Below the pieces are notes generated by a model that saw only the letters and a list, made by a program, of their open reading frames with translations, was not told the DNA's origin and searched no databases. A program made the position numbers and the translations under genes. A DNA stretch of 64,000 bases from a virus: IMG/VR virus record IMGVR_UViG_3300025600_000001, positions 32,001 to 96,000 of that record, one strand, 5' to 3'. Below, in pieces: positions 10,066 to 20,028 of the stretch. How positions within the stretch are numbered: the stretch's first letter is position 1; each line of letters begins with the position of its first letter.

Positions 10066-10073
10066 TATATTTG
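10066..10073 (+). promoter_or_regulatory. Bacteroidota-type -7 promoter element
   Basis: TATATTTG matches TAnnTTTG; upstream of the ATG at 10098. Confidence 0.55.
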
Positions 10074-10097
10074 AAAAATATTCCTAAAAATGTAAAC

Positions 10098-10369
10098 ATG
10101 AATCCTCAAACTAAAGATCTTATTGATTATATATTTAGATATATATTAGCTCTTGTTGTAATTATAGGTCTTATAATTGTAATAGTGTTCATGTTTACAC
10201 ATAATATCAGTGGTATATATATACTGATACAATCACTCTATGTATAGGAGCACTTCTTGGTTCATATACCACTATAATCTCTTATGAATGGGGATCATCT
10301 AAAGGATCTTCAGATAAAACTACGATGCTTCACAATAGCACACCAATAATTCCAGAAAAAGAAAATTAA
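10098..10369 (+). pseudogene. Two-TM holin-like membrane protein frameshifted at a (TA)5 tract
   Basis: As written it stops at 10247. Removing one TA from 10214-10223 gives an 89 aa protein ending ...CIGALLGSYTTIISYEWGSSKGSSDK...EKEN. Confidence 0.7.
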
Positions 10370-10373
10370 TAAT

Positions 10374-11432
10374 ATGAGTTTTGAACAATTATCAAAAGAA
10401 GTTGAGAATGGTATGAAGGGACTCAACAATGGAATACCTATGGGATTTGATAGACTAAATAGATATATAGGAATTCGTAAAAGAATTCTTACTATGGTGT
10501 TTGGAGCTAGTGGATCTGGAAAATCTGCATATGTACATTCAGCATATATATTAAATCCTGCTGAGTGGTATATAAAAACTCGACCTAAAGATGTTAAGTT
10601 TAAAGTGATATTATTTTCTATGGAAAGAAGTAAAATATATACACTTGCTAAATGGATGAGTAGAAAGATATTTGTTGATCAAGGTATTTTAATACCTATT
10701 CCAAAGTTACTAGGATGGTGGGATGTAAAACTCACAAAAGATGAACATGATTTATTTTTAGCTTATAAAGATTATTTGAACGAACTTCTTGAAATAGTAG
10801 ATATTATAGAAGGAGCTCAAAATCCAACAGCAATTTATAAATATGTAAGGAGATATGCAGAAGATAATGGTAGATTTGAGCAAGTAGATGAATATACTAA
10901 AGTATACATACCAAATCATCCTAATGAAATAGTTATTCCTATAGAAGATCATTTAGGAATCACAAAACTTGAGAAAGGGCAATCTAATAAAAAAGAAGCT
11001 ATTGATAAAGTTTCAGAATATAATCAATGGTTTAGAGACATGTTAGGATATTCTCCTGTTACCGTTAGTCAACTTACAAGAGGTTTAAATAATCCAGCAT
11101 TTCGAAAAATGGATTCGTTTGAACCAACTATAGATGATATCAAGGAGAGTGGAAGACCTGGAGAAGATAGTGATGTAATTACTAGTCTTTTTGATCCAAT
11201 TAGGTATCAGACAAATGATCCTAGTTATAAAGTAGAAAACTTTATAGATGAGACTACAGGAGGAAAATTCTTTAGAAGTATCAAACTTCTTAAAAGTACA
11301 TATTCAGAAGACGATATTCGTATTGGTATGGGATTTCACGGAGCTACTGGAATTTTTAAAGAATTACCTAAAGGTAGAAACATGGATGGATTTGACTATA
11401 GTTCATTATTTAATGGTAGTTATTTTGTTTGA
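10374..11432 (+). CDS. DnaB-like replicative helicase
   Basis: TGF-like PMGFDRLN, Walker A GASGSGKS, FSME, EDHL, VSQLTR, DIKESGRPGEDSD. Confidence 0.88.
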   Translation: MSFEQLSKEVENGMKGLNNGIPMGFDRLNRYIGIRKRILTMVFGASGSGKSAYVHSAYILNPAEWYIKTRPKDVKFKVILFSMERSKIYTLAKWMSRKIFVDQGILIPIPKLLGWWDVKLTKDEHDLFLAYKDYLNELLEIVDIIEGAQNPTAIYKYVRRYAEDNGRFEQVDEYTKVYIPNHPNEIVIPIEDHLGITKLEKGQSNKKEAIDKVSEYNQWFRDMLGYSPVTVSQLTRGLNNPAFRKMDSFEPTIDDIKESGRPGEDSDVITSLFDPIRYQTNDPSYKVENFIDETTGGKFFRSIKLLKSTYSEDDIRIGMGFHGATGIFKELPKGRNMDGFDYSSLFNGSYFV

Positions 11433-11455
11433 CAAAACACTAAAAATTTATAAAA

Positions 11456-11671
11456 ATGAAAAAATTAAAAGGAAAAACATTAGATGAACTTCTAGAAGAT
11501 ATTCAAGTACTAGAAATAGATGAAGAAGTATGTAGAATAAATTATACTCCTGGACTAATTGGATGGTATGGCGTAATAAATGATCATTGTATTATTGCTT
11601 ATTTTAGAAAAGAAAAGAATGCTCTTAGATTTAGATTAGATTACATTAATCAAATATTAAATAGTATATGA
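11456..11671 (+). CDS. Hypothetical protein
   Basis: 71 aa ORF. Confidence 0.6.
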   Translation: MKKLKGKTLDELLEDIQVLEIDEEVCRINYTPGLIGWYGVINDHCIIAYFRKEKNALRFRLDYINQILNSI

Positions 11672-11841
11672 AAAGATATGTATTTGCTATAACGATTACA
11701 GGATTTGGAGAAACTCCTGATGAAGCATGGAAAGATGCTGTTGAAGCTACTAATCTTGAAGATGATCCTATACCTGAAGAGGATATATACGATGAGTATG
11801 AAATGGATGATGATGAAGAAGTAGAGGACTATAGGAATTAG
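11668..11841 (+). CDS. Small acidic protein (57 aa, not in ORF track)
   Basis: MKRYVFAITITGFGETPDEAWKDAVEA...DDDEEVEDYRN; ATGA overlap with the upstream ORF. Confidence 0.6.
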   Translation: MKRYVFAITITGFGETPDEAWKDAVEATNLEDDPIPEEDIYDEYEMDDDEEVEDYRN

Positions 11842-11920
11842 AGATCAACGACAATCTGAATTTGCAGATATGTGGATTCAAAGTGGAATGTTTGGTATAT
11901 TAAATCTATGTCCTAGTTGA
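11831..11920 (+). pseudogene. Stranded 5' relic of the SF2 helicase gene
   Basis: IGIRDQRQSEFADMWIQSGMFGILNLCPS-stop aligns with the helicase N-terminus IRTRRQREFANLWLESNMMNIMNLCPR; ATA stands where ATG is expected. Confidence 0.85.
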
Positions 11921-11947
11921 TAATTAAATTGTAATTTTGTATATTTG
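11916..11947 (+). promoter_or_regulatory. Bacteroidota-type promoter for the GIY-YIG cassette
   Basis: GTTG-N20-TATATTTG; the ATG at 11952 follows 4 nt later. Confidence 0.65.
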
Positions 11948-11951
11948 TACT

Positions 11952-12776
11952 ATGGAAATAAATAAAAATTTAATTAGAGTTTCTGGTATCTATAAGATAG
12001 AGAATATAGAAACAAAAGAATGTTATATAGGGAGTACCTTAAATATTTACAATAGAGCACATTCCTATAAATGCTTAGGAAAACAAAATAAAATTCATAG
12101 TACAAATTTACAAAAAGCAATAAATAACTATGGAATAGATATTTTTACTTTAGAAGTTTTAGAAAAAGTATATTTTGAAGAAGGTGTTTTAAAAAGTGAA
12201 AAATTGAAAATTCTTCACGATAAAGAACAAATATATTCCGATAATACTAATCTAAAATATAATAAAAGAAAAAATATTAATAAAAATACTGGAATAACTC
12301 TATCAAAAGAAACCAAAGAAAAAGTATCTACAACTCTTAAACGAATTTTTAAAGATGGTACAAGAATAATAGGAAGAATTTATTCTCATAATATAAAAGT
12401 ATCTATGTTTACAATTACTGGAACTTTTATTAAAGATTTTCCTGGATTAGCCCATTGTGCAGAATATTTAAATGTATCACCCTCATCAATCAATTATGCG
12501 TTAAAAAGCAAAAGACATGTTATAAAAAATCATATTATATTGAAACTTCAAGATAAAGATGAAATTAAAAATTTTATAAATATTCCATTAAATAAAAATA
12601 CTAATGGAAAAGCTATAAAAATTCTAGATACATTAGACGATAGTATACTGGAATTTATAAATTGTAAAACTTGTGCAAATATTATAAAATGTAAAGTTGA
12701 TACAATAGTTATTGGTTATAAAAAAAATAGATTAATTAAAAAAAGATATAAAGTAATAACCTATGGAAGATATTAG
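11952..12776 (+). CDS. GIY-YIG homing endonuclease with NUMOD1-like C-terminal repeats
   Basis: SGIYKIEN...CYIGS motif. Start moved from TTG 11937, which lies within the promoter, to ATG 11952. Confidence 0.9.
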   Translation: MEINKNLIRVSGIYKIENIETKECYIGSTLNIYNRAHSYKCLGKQNKIHSTNLQKAINNYGIDIFTLEVLEKVYFEEGVLKSEKLKILHDKEQIYSDNTNLKYNKRKNINKNTGITLSKETKEKVSTTLKRIFKDGTRIIGRIYSHNIKVSMFTITGTFIKDFPGLAHCAEYLNVSPSSINYALKSKRHVIKNHIILKLQDKDEIKNFINIPLNKNTNGKAIKILDTLDDSILEFINCKTCANIIKCKVDTIVIGYKKNRLIKKRYKVITYGRY

Positions 12777-13845
12777 AACGAGAAGACAACGTGAGTTTGC
12801 TAATTTATGGTTAGAGTCTAATATGATGAATATCATGAATTTGTGTCCCAGATTTGGAAAAATTAGAGTTGCTATAAATATCCTTGAACAGTTAAATCCT
12901 CATTGTACAGTATTAATTACTTATCCTGACAATAAAATAAGACATTCTTGGGAAGAGGATTTTGTAAAAAGAGGATATAATAATCCTAATATAACATTTA
13001 CTACACATCTTTCTCTCAAGAAATATGTAGATAAGATATTTGATATTATCATAATAGATGAAATACATCTAATTTCCACTGCACAAATGGAAATCTGCAA
13101 AGAACTTTTTAAAGAAAATCATGTAATGTTGGGTCTTACAGGTACATTAGCATCAGATACTAAAAATTGGTTACTATCTGCTTTGCATTTACCAGTAGTA
13201 GCAAATTACTCTATCAGTCAAGCTATATCTGAAGGAGTAATATCAGACTATGATATTACAGTTATTAAAGTTCCTTTGGATACAACAACTCTACAGGTTT
13301 ATAAGAAGCAACGTAAAACTGAGAAACAACAATTTGATATGCTCTCTTACGTTATTAATAAACAACAACAAGAAGGAAGAGATACAATGTTTATGCGTTT
13401 AGCTAGAATGAGAATTATTCAAAACAGTTTAAGTAAAATAAATAAAACTAAAGAAATACTAAAACAGTATGAAAATAATAGAATATTGGTCTTTTGTGGT
13501 ATTACAGCAGTTGCTGATAGTTTGGATATACCTTCTTTTCATAGTAAGTCAACCAATAAAATGACTTTTCAAAATTTTACAGAAGGCAATATTAAGCATT
13601 TGGCAGTTGTCAAAATTGGTGCTACAGGAATAACCTATAAACCTTTAAATCAGATAATTATAAATTATTTTGATAGTAATGCAGAAGATTTAGCACAAAA
13701 ATTGAACAGAGCTATGTCTTTTGAATACGATAATCCAGAGAAGAAGGCTCATATAACAATCATATGTTCAACAGAATCTGTCGAGCTTTTGTGGTTGAAG
13801 AAGGCTTTAGAATTTTTTAGTCCAGAAAAAATTAAATATCTATAA
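12763..13845 (+). CDS. Superfamily 2 (DExH) helicase
   Basis: Motif I CPRFGK, motif II DEIH, motif III GLTGT. Confidence 0.88.
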   Translation: MEDIRTRRQREFANLWLESNMMNIMNLCPRFGKIRVAINILEQLNPHCTVLITYPDNKIRHSWEEDFVKRGYNNPNITFTTHLSLKKYVDKIFDIIIIDEIHLISTAQMEICKELFKENHVMLGLTGTLASDTKNWLLSALHLPVVANYSISQAISEGVISDYDITVIKVPLDTTTLQVYKKQRKTEKQQFDMLSYVINKQQQEGRDTMFMRLARMRIIQNSLSKINKTKEILKQYENNRILVFCGITAVADSLDIPSFHSKSTNKMTFQNFTEGNIKHLAVVKIGATGITYKPLNQIIINYFDSNAEDLAQKLNRAMSFEYDNPEKKAHITIICSTESVELLWLKKALEFFSPEKIKYL

Positions 13846-13846
13846 T

Positions 13847-14011
13847 ATGAAACAAGAAATTGCTGATATTAAAAAAGTATTAGAAGAATTAAATATTTCA
13901 GTAGAAAAAATCAAATCTATTACTATTAAATGGGAAAAGATTTTTCCAAATAAAGCTTTTCCAAGAATAAAAATTAAACTATTTAATGATTCTAACGAAA
14001 AAAATGAGTAA
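13847..14011 (+). CDS. Small hypothetical protein (54 aa, not in ORF track)
   Basis: MKQEIADIKKVLEELNISVEK...NEKNE fills the gap between genes. Confidence 0.45.
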   Translation: MKQEIADIKKVLEELNISVEKIKSITIKWEKIFPNKAFPRIKIKLFNDSNEKNE

Positions 14012-14047
14012 CTTTAAAACAGAAATAATAAAAAAAATTAGAAAATT

Positions 14048-14878
14048 ATGGAGAAAGAAGATGTAATATTACCAGATGAAATTAGTAAAGTAGTTATATC
14101 AGCACCAAGAGATCTTGCTATAATTGGAATTCCTAAAAGTGGAAAAGGAACTATATTAGGAAATTTTACATTAACTCATAATGCTCTTGTACTAGATCTT
14201 GAAAAAGGAGGATATGAATATATTCCTGCTAGAAAAATGTCTACTTATACAGGACAGGAAACAAGTCAATGGGAAAGTTTTCAAAACTTTATTAAATATC
14301 GTAATCTTTTATTGGAAAATAAAGGAAAATATGAATATCTAATTATAGATGGATTATCCGATCTTGATAGTTTATCCGACCTCGGTGGAACTCTGTCTTA
14401 TATGAATGGAATTATAGGTAAGAATTTTAATAGACCTAAATTAGCAAATGGATTATATGGTGAAAAATATAAACCGACTGATCCAGAGTTTAAATCAGTA
14501 TTAACATTACCTGATGGGGCTGGTTATATGAGTACTCGAAATTGGTTTCTTCAACAAATTGAAATGTTTAGACAAATAGCACCATATAGAATTTATGCTG
14601 CTCATATTGCTGATAAATATATTAAAGATAATGGAAAAGAAGAAGTGATAGGTAGTGAAATTTCTCTTACTGGAAAATTAAAAACAATTTTTGCAAGTAG
14701 AGTGACTGCTTTAGCAAAATTGGTAGTAGATGAGAATGAACGTTATCTTAATTTTGATGTTCAAAATGATAGTATTGTTGCAGGAAGTAGATCTCCTAAA
14801 TTGAAAGGAAAGATACTAATTTCAAGACAAGAATCAGATGGAACTATAATAACCTTTTGGGATAATATTTATGGATAA
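14048..14878 (+). CDS. AAA/P-loop ATPase (AAA_24, Sak4-like)
   Basis: GIPKSGKGT, LVLDLEKG, LIIDG, GAGY, AAH; lies next to an SSB-like gene. Confidence 0.8.
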   Translation: MEKEDVILPDEISKVVISAPRDLAIIGIPKSGKGTILGNFTLTHNALVLDLEKGGYEYIPARKMSTYTGQETSQWESFQNFIKYRNLLLENKGKYEYLIIDGLSDLDSLSDLGGTLSYMNGIIGKNFNRPKLANGLYGEKYKPTDPEFKSVLTLPDGAGYMSTRNWFLQQIEMFRQIAPYRIYAAHIADKYIKDNGKEEVIGSEISLTGKLKTIFASRVTALAKLVVDENERYLNFDVQNDSIVAGSRSPKLKGKILISRQESDGTIITFWDNIYG

Positions 14879-15530
14879 CACTTTTTGTATATACGTATTT
14901 TCTGATCAATGGGGTGTACCAAAATATGTTGGTAAAGCTAAAGATTTTGCAAAAAGAATGGATGAGCATCTAAATAGAGATAGATTTAGATATAGTTCTA
15001 CTTGGTTCTATAGATGGTTAAATAAACAAATTGCAAACGATATAGAATTCTTTATGGATATATTAGAGGAAGTTACTCAGGAAACTTGGATAGAAAGGGA
15101 AATCTATTGGATAAAACATATTAAAGATAATGGATACAGATTAACAAATATGACTAATGGTGGGGATGGCAACAATAATCAAATCCATACTAAAGAGAGT
15201 AGATTAAAAAGATCCAAAAGAATGATGGGACACGAGGTCTCTGAAGAAACAAGAAAACGTATATCAAAAGGTCTCACTGGTAAAGTGATATCTAAAGAAA
15301 CTAGAAAGAAGTTATCTAATCTTAATAAAGGAAAAATATGTTTAGAATCTACTAAACTAAAATTTTCAAAAGTAATAGATCAATATGATTTAGCTAAGAA
15401 TTTTATTCAAAGTTTTACTTCTCTAACTAATGCTGCAATCTTTTTAAATTGTAGAAAATCATCTTTGAGTAATGCTATGAAAAGAAAAATTAATGGTAGA
15501 TTTAAAAACTATTTATGGAAATATAAATAA
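14871..15530 (+). CDS. GIY-YIG homing endonuclease with NUMOD3/NUMOD1 motifs
   Basis: CIYVF...KYVG, EREIYWI, LTNMTNGGDG, SEETRKRIS repeats, QYDL. Confidence 0.88.
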   Translation: MDNTFCIYVFSDQWGVPKYVGKAKDFAKRMDEHLNRDRFRYSSTWFYRWLNKQIANDIEFFMDILEEVTQETWIEREIYWIKHIKDNGYRLTNMTNGGDGNNNQIHTKESRLKRSKRMMGHEVSEETRKRISKGLTGKVISKETRKKLSNLNKGKICLESTKLKFSKVIDQYDLAKNFIQSFTSLTNAAIFLNCRKSSLSNAMKRKINGRFKNYLWKYK

Positions 15531-15568
15531 AACAAGTAATTAATTAAAACAAGTAAAAATTAAAAGCT

Positions 15569-16450
15569 ATGGCAATTGGTGGAGAAAAACGTGAGCATAC
15601 TAGCTTACCAGATTATGTAAAACGCATAGGTCTTTTCGAGGCTAAAGTAATTGCAGTTAATCCTGCAGCAGATGAGTATAAAACTTTACTAGGATATGAT
15701 CTGAAAGAAGATAGTAAAGAATGTGATTATCTAAGTGTTAACGATGCTGGGAATACTATTCTTAGAATCAATATTTGGTTGGAAGATGTGAAAACATCTA
15801 ACAATGATCAACCAAGTAGATATAAGGTGACCTTTTTCCTGGAGAATAAGGAAAGAGAAAATAAGGATCTAACCAAGAAACAGTATATTAATGAACTTGG
15901 TAGTTGTACATGGGCAGACGATCCTAATAATCTTAAAGAATGGTTTACTGCTCGTGAATATCGTGTAGCATATAATGGAGAAGAAGATCTTTACAATTTT
16001 ATGCGTACATGGTTGTGTGAATTGGATTATAAACAAGATGTCACTGTTTTACAAATTCCGTGGAAATCTTTAATGAAAGGAAATGTAAAAGAAATTAAAG
16101 AACAAATTAATGGTGAATGGTGTGGTAATATTGGCGCATTGGCTACAATTAACACTAAAGAGAAAGATGGAGACATTAAAGAGTACCAATCCGTCTATAA
16201 TAAGGCATTTCTGCCTATATATGCCCTTAAAAACTTTAGATTGATAGATTATAGCAATCCGAAGATAATCGAGGCTATAAAGGCTAAAAAGCCTAAAGAT
16301 CAGAAAGCTCATGAAAAATTTGTTTTAAATGTAACAGGGGAGTTTGGGTGTCGCGATAGTTACCTCCTTAAAGATATTAAAGATTATAACAGCGAAGAAT
16401 TCCTAGTGGCAAGTAATAAGGTGATATCAGAGGAAGGAGACGACTATTAA
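15569..16450 (+). CDS. Putative single-stranded DNA-binding protein
   Basis: crAss-like VIAVNP and KKQYINxxG motifs, acidic C-terminus EEGDDY, position after the AAA ATPase. Confidence 0.6.
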   Translation: MAIGGEKREHTSLPDYVKRIGLFEAKVIAVNPAADEYKTLLGYDLKEDSKECDYLSVNDAGNTILRINIWLEDVKTSNNDQPSRYKVTFFLENKERENKDLTKKQYINELGSCTWADDPNNLKEWFTAREYRVAYNGEEDLYNFMRTWLCELDYKQDVTVLQIPWKSLMKGNVKEIKEQINGEWCGNIGALATINTKEKDGDIKEYQSVYNKAFLPIYALKNFRLIDYSNPKIIEAIKAKKPKDQKAHEKFVLNVTGEFGCRDSYLLKDIKDYNSEEFLVASNKVISEEGDDY

Positions 16451-16472
16451 ATATTATGATTAATAGTTAAAG

Positions 16473-16514
16473 TTAAGGTGAATAGATTAATTCTTTTCAC
16501 CTTAATTTTTTTTT
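16473..16514 (+). terminator. Intrinsic terminator
   Basis: TTAAGGTGAA...TTCACCTTAA stem followed by T9. Confidence 0.8.
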
Positions 16515-16568
16515 CAAAATATAATACTTATTGTAGTATTATTCGTATCTTTATAGAAAATGTAAAAT

Positions 16569-17387
16569 ATGTATAACAAGAATAGAAAAGAGCAAGTTAA
16601 AAATCTTTGGGATACTGGATTAGGAGCTACAGAAATATCTAAATTTTTAAATATTTCAATAAGTAATGTTTCAACTTATTTAACACAATCCTTAGGATCA
16701 GGTAGAAAAGGAAGATTTATTTATAAAAGAAGAATATTTACGCTAAATGAATCTTTTTTTGAAAATATAGATACAGAAGCAAAAGCTTATTTTTTAGGAC
16801 TACTTGCTGCAGATGGTAATTTAAGTAGTTCTCAGAATTCAGTTAGAATAGGATTGCATGAAAAAGATAAAGAAATATTAGAGTGTTTTCGAGAAAATCT
16901 AAATTATACAAAACCTCTAAAATTTGTTAAAAAAGTTAAAGAACCTGGATGGAATAGAAGTGATCAGTATTTATTAGAAATAAGCTCAACTATTTTTAGG
17001 AAAAGTTTAGAGAAACATGGATTAACACCAAACAAATCTCTCACATTAGTTTTCCCAACAACTATTCCTTTAGAGTATCAACATGATTATATTAGAGGAT
17101 ATTTTGATGGTAATGGTTGTATTCATATAGACAAACGAGATCACGGTAGTATAATTATTGCTAGTAGTGAGATGTTTTCTAAAAGTCTTATTGAAGTATT
17201 ACAAACTTTTGGTATTAGATCAAGTACATCTAAACACTATAAAGCTAATTGTTTTTATACTCGTTCATTTGGATATGATAATGTAGAGAATTTTTATAAT
17301 TTCATGTATAAAGATTCTACTATTTTTCTTGATAGAAAAAAACAAATATTTGAAAATTGGATAAATAAAAGAAATAAGAAATTATGA
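16569..17387 (+). CDS. LAGLIDADG homing endonuclease with N-terminal HTH
   Basis: YFLGLLAADG and YIRGYFDGNG motifs; promoter-like TATCTTTA at 16546-16553. Confidence 0.9.
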   Translation: MYNKNRKEQVKNLWDTGLGATEISKFLNISISNVSTYLTQSLGSGRKGRFIYKRRIFTLNESFFENIDTEAKAYFLGLLAADGNLSSSQNSVRIGLHEKDKEILECFRENLNYTKPLKFVKKVKEPGWNRSDQYLLEISSTIFRKSLEKHGLTPNKSLTLVFPTTIPLEYQHDYIRGYFDGNGCIHIDKRDHGSIIIASSEMFSKSLIEVLQTFGIRSSTSKHYKANCFYTRSFGYDNVENFYNFMYKDSTIFLDRKKQIFENWINKRNKKL

Positions 17388-17800
17388 AATATTCAAAACT
17401 AATATTAACTACAGAATCTATAGAAAGTGTTATTGAGAAAATTAAACTAAATACACTATCCGCTTATCAATGGTTTCCTGTTAGAGGAAAAAATAAATGT
17501 TTCTATGAATTAGGAGGAAGGAATTATGAAAATACTCTTGAAATAAAAGCATATATTCCTAGTAGAGAAGATGATAAATATGTAGTTCATGCAAATGGGA
17601 TGATTAAATGTGAGTATTCTTTAACAGATTGGGGAGAAATAGAATTTCCTACTTTTTGTATAAAGTTTCCAAAAATTAAAAATATAGAAAGTATGATAAA
17701 TTTTCTAAAAACTACAGATTTTAAAAGTTATTACCCAAAAATAGAAGAAGAAAGAAGAAGATCACAAGAATATGAAACTATTTATATATGTAAATCATGA
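17384..17800 (+). CDS. Hypothetical protein
   Basis: 138 aa with ATGA overlaps. Confidence 0.6.
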   Translation: MKYSKLILTTESIESVIEKIKLNTLSAYQWFPVRGKNKCFYELGGRNYENTLEIKAYIPSREDDKYVVHANGMIKCEYSLTDWGEIEFPTFCIKFPKIKNIESMINFLKTTDFKSYYPKIEEERRRSQEYETIYICKS

Positions 17801-18183
17801 TACAAATTCCCATATCGACAGGTGAGTTACTTGATAAAGTAAGTATTCTTACAATCAAGAGTTTTAAAATATTAGATAAAGAAAAAGTTAGAGTGATTAA
17901 AAAGGAATTACGTATTCTATCTCGTCTTTCTGAACCATTTATGCTAGAACCAGAAGTAGAAAGCTTATATACTGATTTACTTAGTGCAAATCTTTCTCTT
18001 TGGGAACTAGAAGATGATATTAGAATACGTGAAAAAAATCAGAATTTTGATGAAATATTCATCGAACTTGCTAGAGCAGTATATCAACAGAATGATTTGA
18101 GATCTGATATTAAAAACATGATTAATAAAATTACTGATTCAGATTTTCAAGAAATAAAACAGTATAGTGAGTATAGATCATGA
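17797..18183 (+). CDS. DUF6165-like protein
   Basis: PISTGELLDKVSILTIK...NLSLWELEDDIR...ARAVYQQNDLRSDIK. Confidence 0.75.
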   Translation: MIQIPISTGELLDKVSILTIKSFKILDKEKVRVIKKELRILSRLSEPFMLEPEVESLYTDLLSANLSLWELEDDIRIREKNQNFDEIFIELARAVYQQNDLRSDIKNMINKITDSDFQEIKQYSEYRS

Positions 18184-19187
18184 TAACAGGAACTAGAAAA
18201 ATTGAACTTACACCAGAGTCAGTTCTTAAAAAGATTTCAAGTTATGATATTTTTCGTAGATATATGCCTGATACATTCTGGAAGATCAATCAAGCTACTA
18301 TTTCTCCATTTAGGAAAGAAACTAATCCCTCCTTTCTGATAGGAAATAGAGGAGGTACGCTCACCTTCATAGATTTTACTGACACAGCTAAACGTGGTGA
18401 TTGTTTTACATTCATGAAACAATTATTTATGCTTACCATGGACGAAGCATTAACTAAGATTGATCAGGATTTTGGACTTGGAATTTCTCACAAAGGAACT
18501 AATATTGGTGAATACAAAAAAATAGTAGCAGAATATAAACAACCTGAGGAATTAGGTAAACGTTATGCACTTATTCAAGTAATCACTAGAAAGTTTACTA
18601 AAGAGGAATTAGACTATTGGGCCCAGTATTATCAAAACATTGATGATCTGAGAGATAATCACATTCATTCTATAAAATCTCTATTTCTAAATAAGAGTAG
18701 ATTTGCTTTAAAGGATGATGAACTTCGTTTTGGTTATCTTTATAATGGTCATTGGAAGATTTATAGGCCATATATAGAGAAAAGAACAAAATGGGTTCCA
18801 AATAATGTACCTATTACTGCTTTAGATGGTAAAGATGATATCCTAAATTGTAGAAGTACTGTAATGATTCAAAAATCTAAAAAAGATTATATGTTAATGA
18901 AAAAAGTATATCCTTATAATATTGCAGTACAAAATGAAGGACATGCTTGTTTCTCTGATGAGAATGTAGAATATATTAGAACTAATTCTACCAGACAGGT
19001 TTTATCATTTGATAGTGATGAACCTGGTGTAGCCAATTCACAACAGATTACTAAGATCTTTGGATTTGACTACTGTAATGTTCCTAGAATGTATCTACAG
19101 GAGAATATAAAAGATTGGGCAGACTTAGCAAAAGCTCATGGATTAGAAGTTATTAAAGAAATTTTAAAAACGAAAGAATTATTATAA
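18180..19187 (+). CDS. DNA primase (DnaG-like TOPRIM)
   Basis: SPFRKETNPSF N-terminal domain, KSKKD, FDSDEPG (DxD) and KDWAD motifs. Confidence 0.85.
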   Translation: MITGTRKIELTPESVLKKISSYDIFRRYMPDTFWKINQATISPFRKETNPSFLIGNRGGTLTFIDFTDTAKRGDCFTFMKQLFMLTMDEALTKIDQDFGLGISHKGTNIGEYKKIVAEYKQPEELGKRYALIQVITRKFTKEELDYWAQYYQNIDDLRDNHIHSIKSLFLNKSRFALKDDELRFGYLYNGHWKIYRPYIEKRTKWVPNNVPITALDGKDDILNCRSTVMIQKSKKDYMLMKKVYPYNIAVQNEGHACFSDENVEYIRTNSTRQVLSFDSDEPGVANSQQITKIFGFDYCNVPRMYLQENIKDWADLAKAHGLEVIKEILKTKELL

Positions 19188-19588
19188 TGGAAATATGTAT
19201 TGATTTTGATGGAACTTGTGTAACACATGACTATCCAAATATAGGTAAAGATATAGGTGCAGTATCTGTATTAAGACAACTTATAGAGAAAGGTCATAGA
19301 TTAATCTTATTTACAATGAGAGGTGATAGAGTAAATGATGATCTTACTATGGGAACAACTTTAACTAATGCTATAAATTGGTTTAAAGAAAATGATATAC
19401 CTTTATATGGAATTAATCGTAATCCTGATCAACGTAGTTGGACTACAAGTCCTAAAGCCTATGCTCAATTATATATTGATGATGCTGCTTTAGGTTGTCC
19501 TTTAACATCTGATCTAGTAATATCAGATAGACCTTTTGTAGACTGGTACGAAGTTTTAAATTTATTAATAGATAAAGGAATATTATGA
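19187..19588 (+). CDS. HAD-family phosphatase-like protein
   Basis: ICIDFDGTCV, LFTMR, KAYAQLYIDD. Confidence 0.85.
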   Translation: MEICIDFDGTCVTHDYPNIGKDIGAVSVLRQLIEKGHRLILFTMRGDRVNDDLTMGTTLTNAINWFKENDIPLYGINRNPDQRSWTTSPKAYAQLYIDDAALGCPLTSDLVISDRPFVDWYEVLNLLIDKGIL

Positions 19589-19818
19589 GAAAATCAATCA
19601 CATTTTTAACTTTGGAAATAGAAGTAGAATTTGACTATCAACCAGAAGAAAAGGAAGTAAGAACTCTTTCAAATGGTGATCCTGGTTATCCAGGATATCC
19701 TGCTTCAGTAGAAATTAGTAATATTTATTTCAAAGGAGATGATATTACTTCTTTTTTTGAAGAATCAGGACTTATTTATAAATTAGAAGAACAAATATTA
19801 ACAGAAATTAAAAATTAA
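19585..19818 (+). CDS. Hypothetical protein
   Basis: 77 aa; NGDPGYPGYP motif. Confidence 0.65.
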   Translation: MRKSITFLTLEIEVEFDYQPEEKEVRTLSNGDPGYPGYPASVEISNIYFKGDDITSFFEESGLIYKLEEQILTEIKN

Positions 19819-19823
19819 ACAAA

Positions 19824-20015
19824 ATGGAAACTGTAAAAAATCCAGTAGTAATTTCAAACAACGTATTTAAAGGTGTAGTATGGAACAAAAAATCCATTAA
19901 GGCAGTAAATAAAGTTGCACAAGCTTTATTGAATCTCACAGAGTTATTTAAAAGCCAAAACATCAAAATTGATTGTATGATAAAGGTTAATGATGAAAGT
20001 GAAAAACAAATTTAA
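19824..20015 (+). CDS. Hypothetical protein
   Basis: 63 aa ORF. Confidence 0.55.
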   Translation: METVKNPVVISNNVFKGVVWNKKSIKAVNKVAQALLNLTELFKSQNIKIDCMIKVNDESEKQI

Positions 20016-20028
20016 AAATTAAATTAAA

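Noticed and set aside
9964-10097. tRNA or structured ncRNA in intergenic gaps (also 31315-31436 and 34129-34320)
   Set aside because: No cloverleaf or TpsiC-loop signature seen; the hairpins fit terminators. A covariance-model search would be needed to exclude other RNAs.
14871-15568. Relic associated with the GIY-YIG gene after the AAA ATPase, or with the HNH-AP2 gene at 6198
   Set aside because: No duplicated 5' or 3' fragment of the neighbouring genes was found in the flanks; these look like ordinary free-standing HEGs.
16456-16470. ATG ATT AAT AGT TAA (MINS) as a relic of the primase start (MITG) before the LAGLIDADG gene at 16569
   Set aside because: Only four codons, upstream of a terminator, and two other genes separate the HEG from the primase; not distinguishable from chance.
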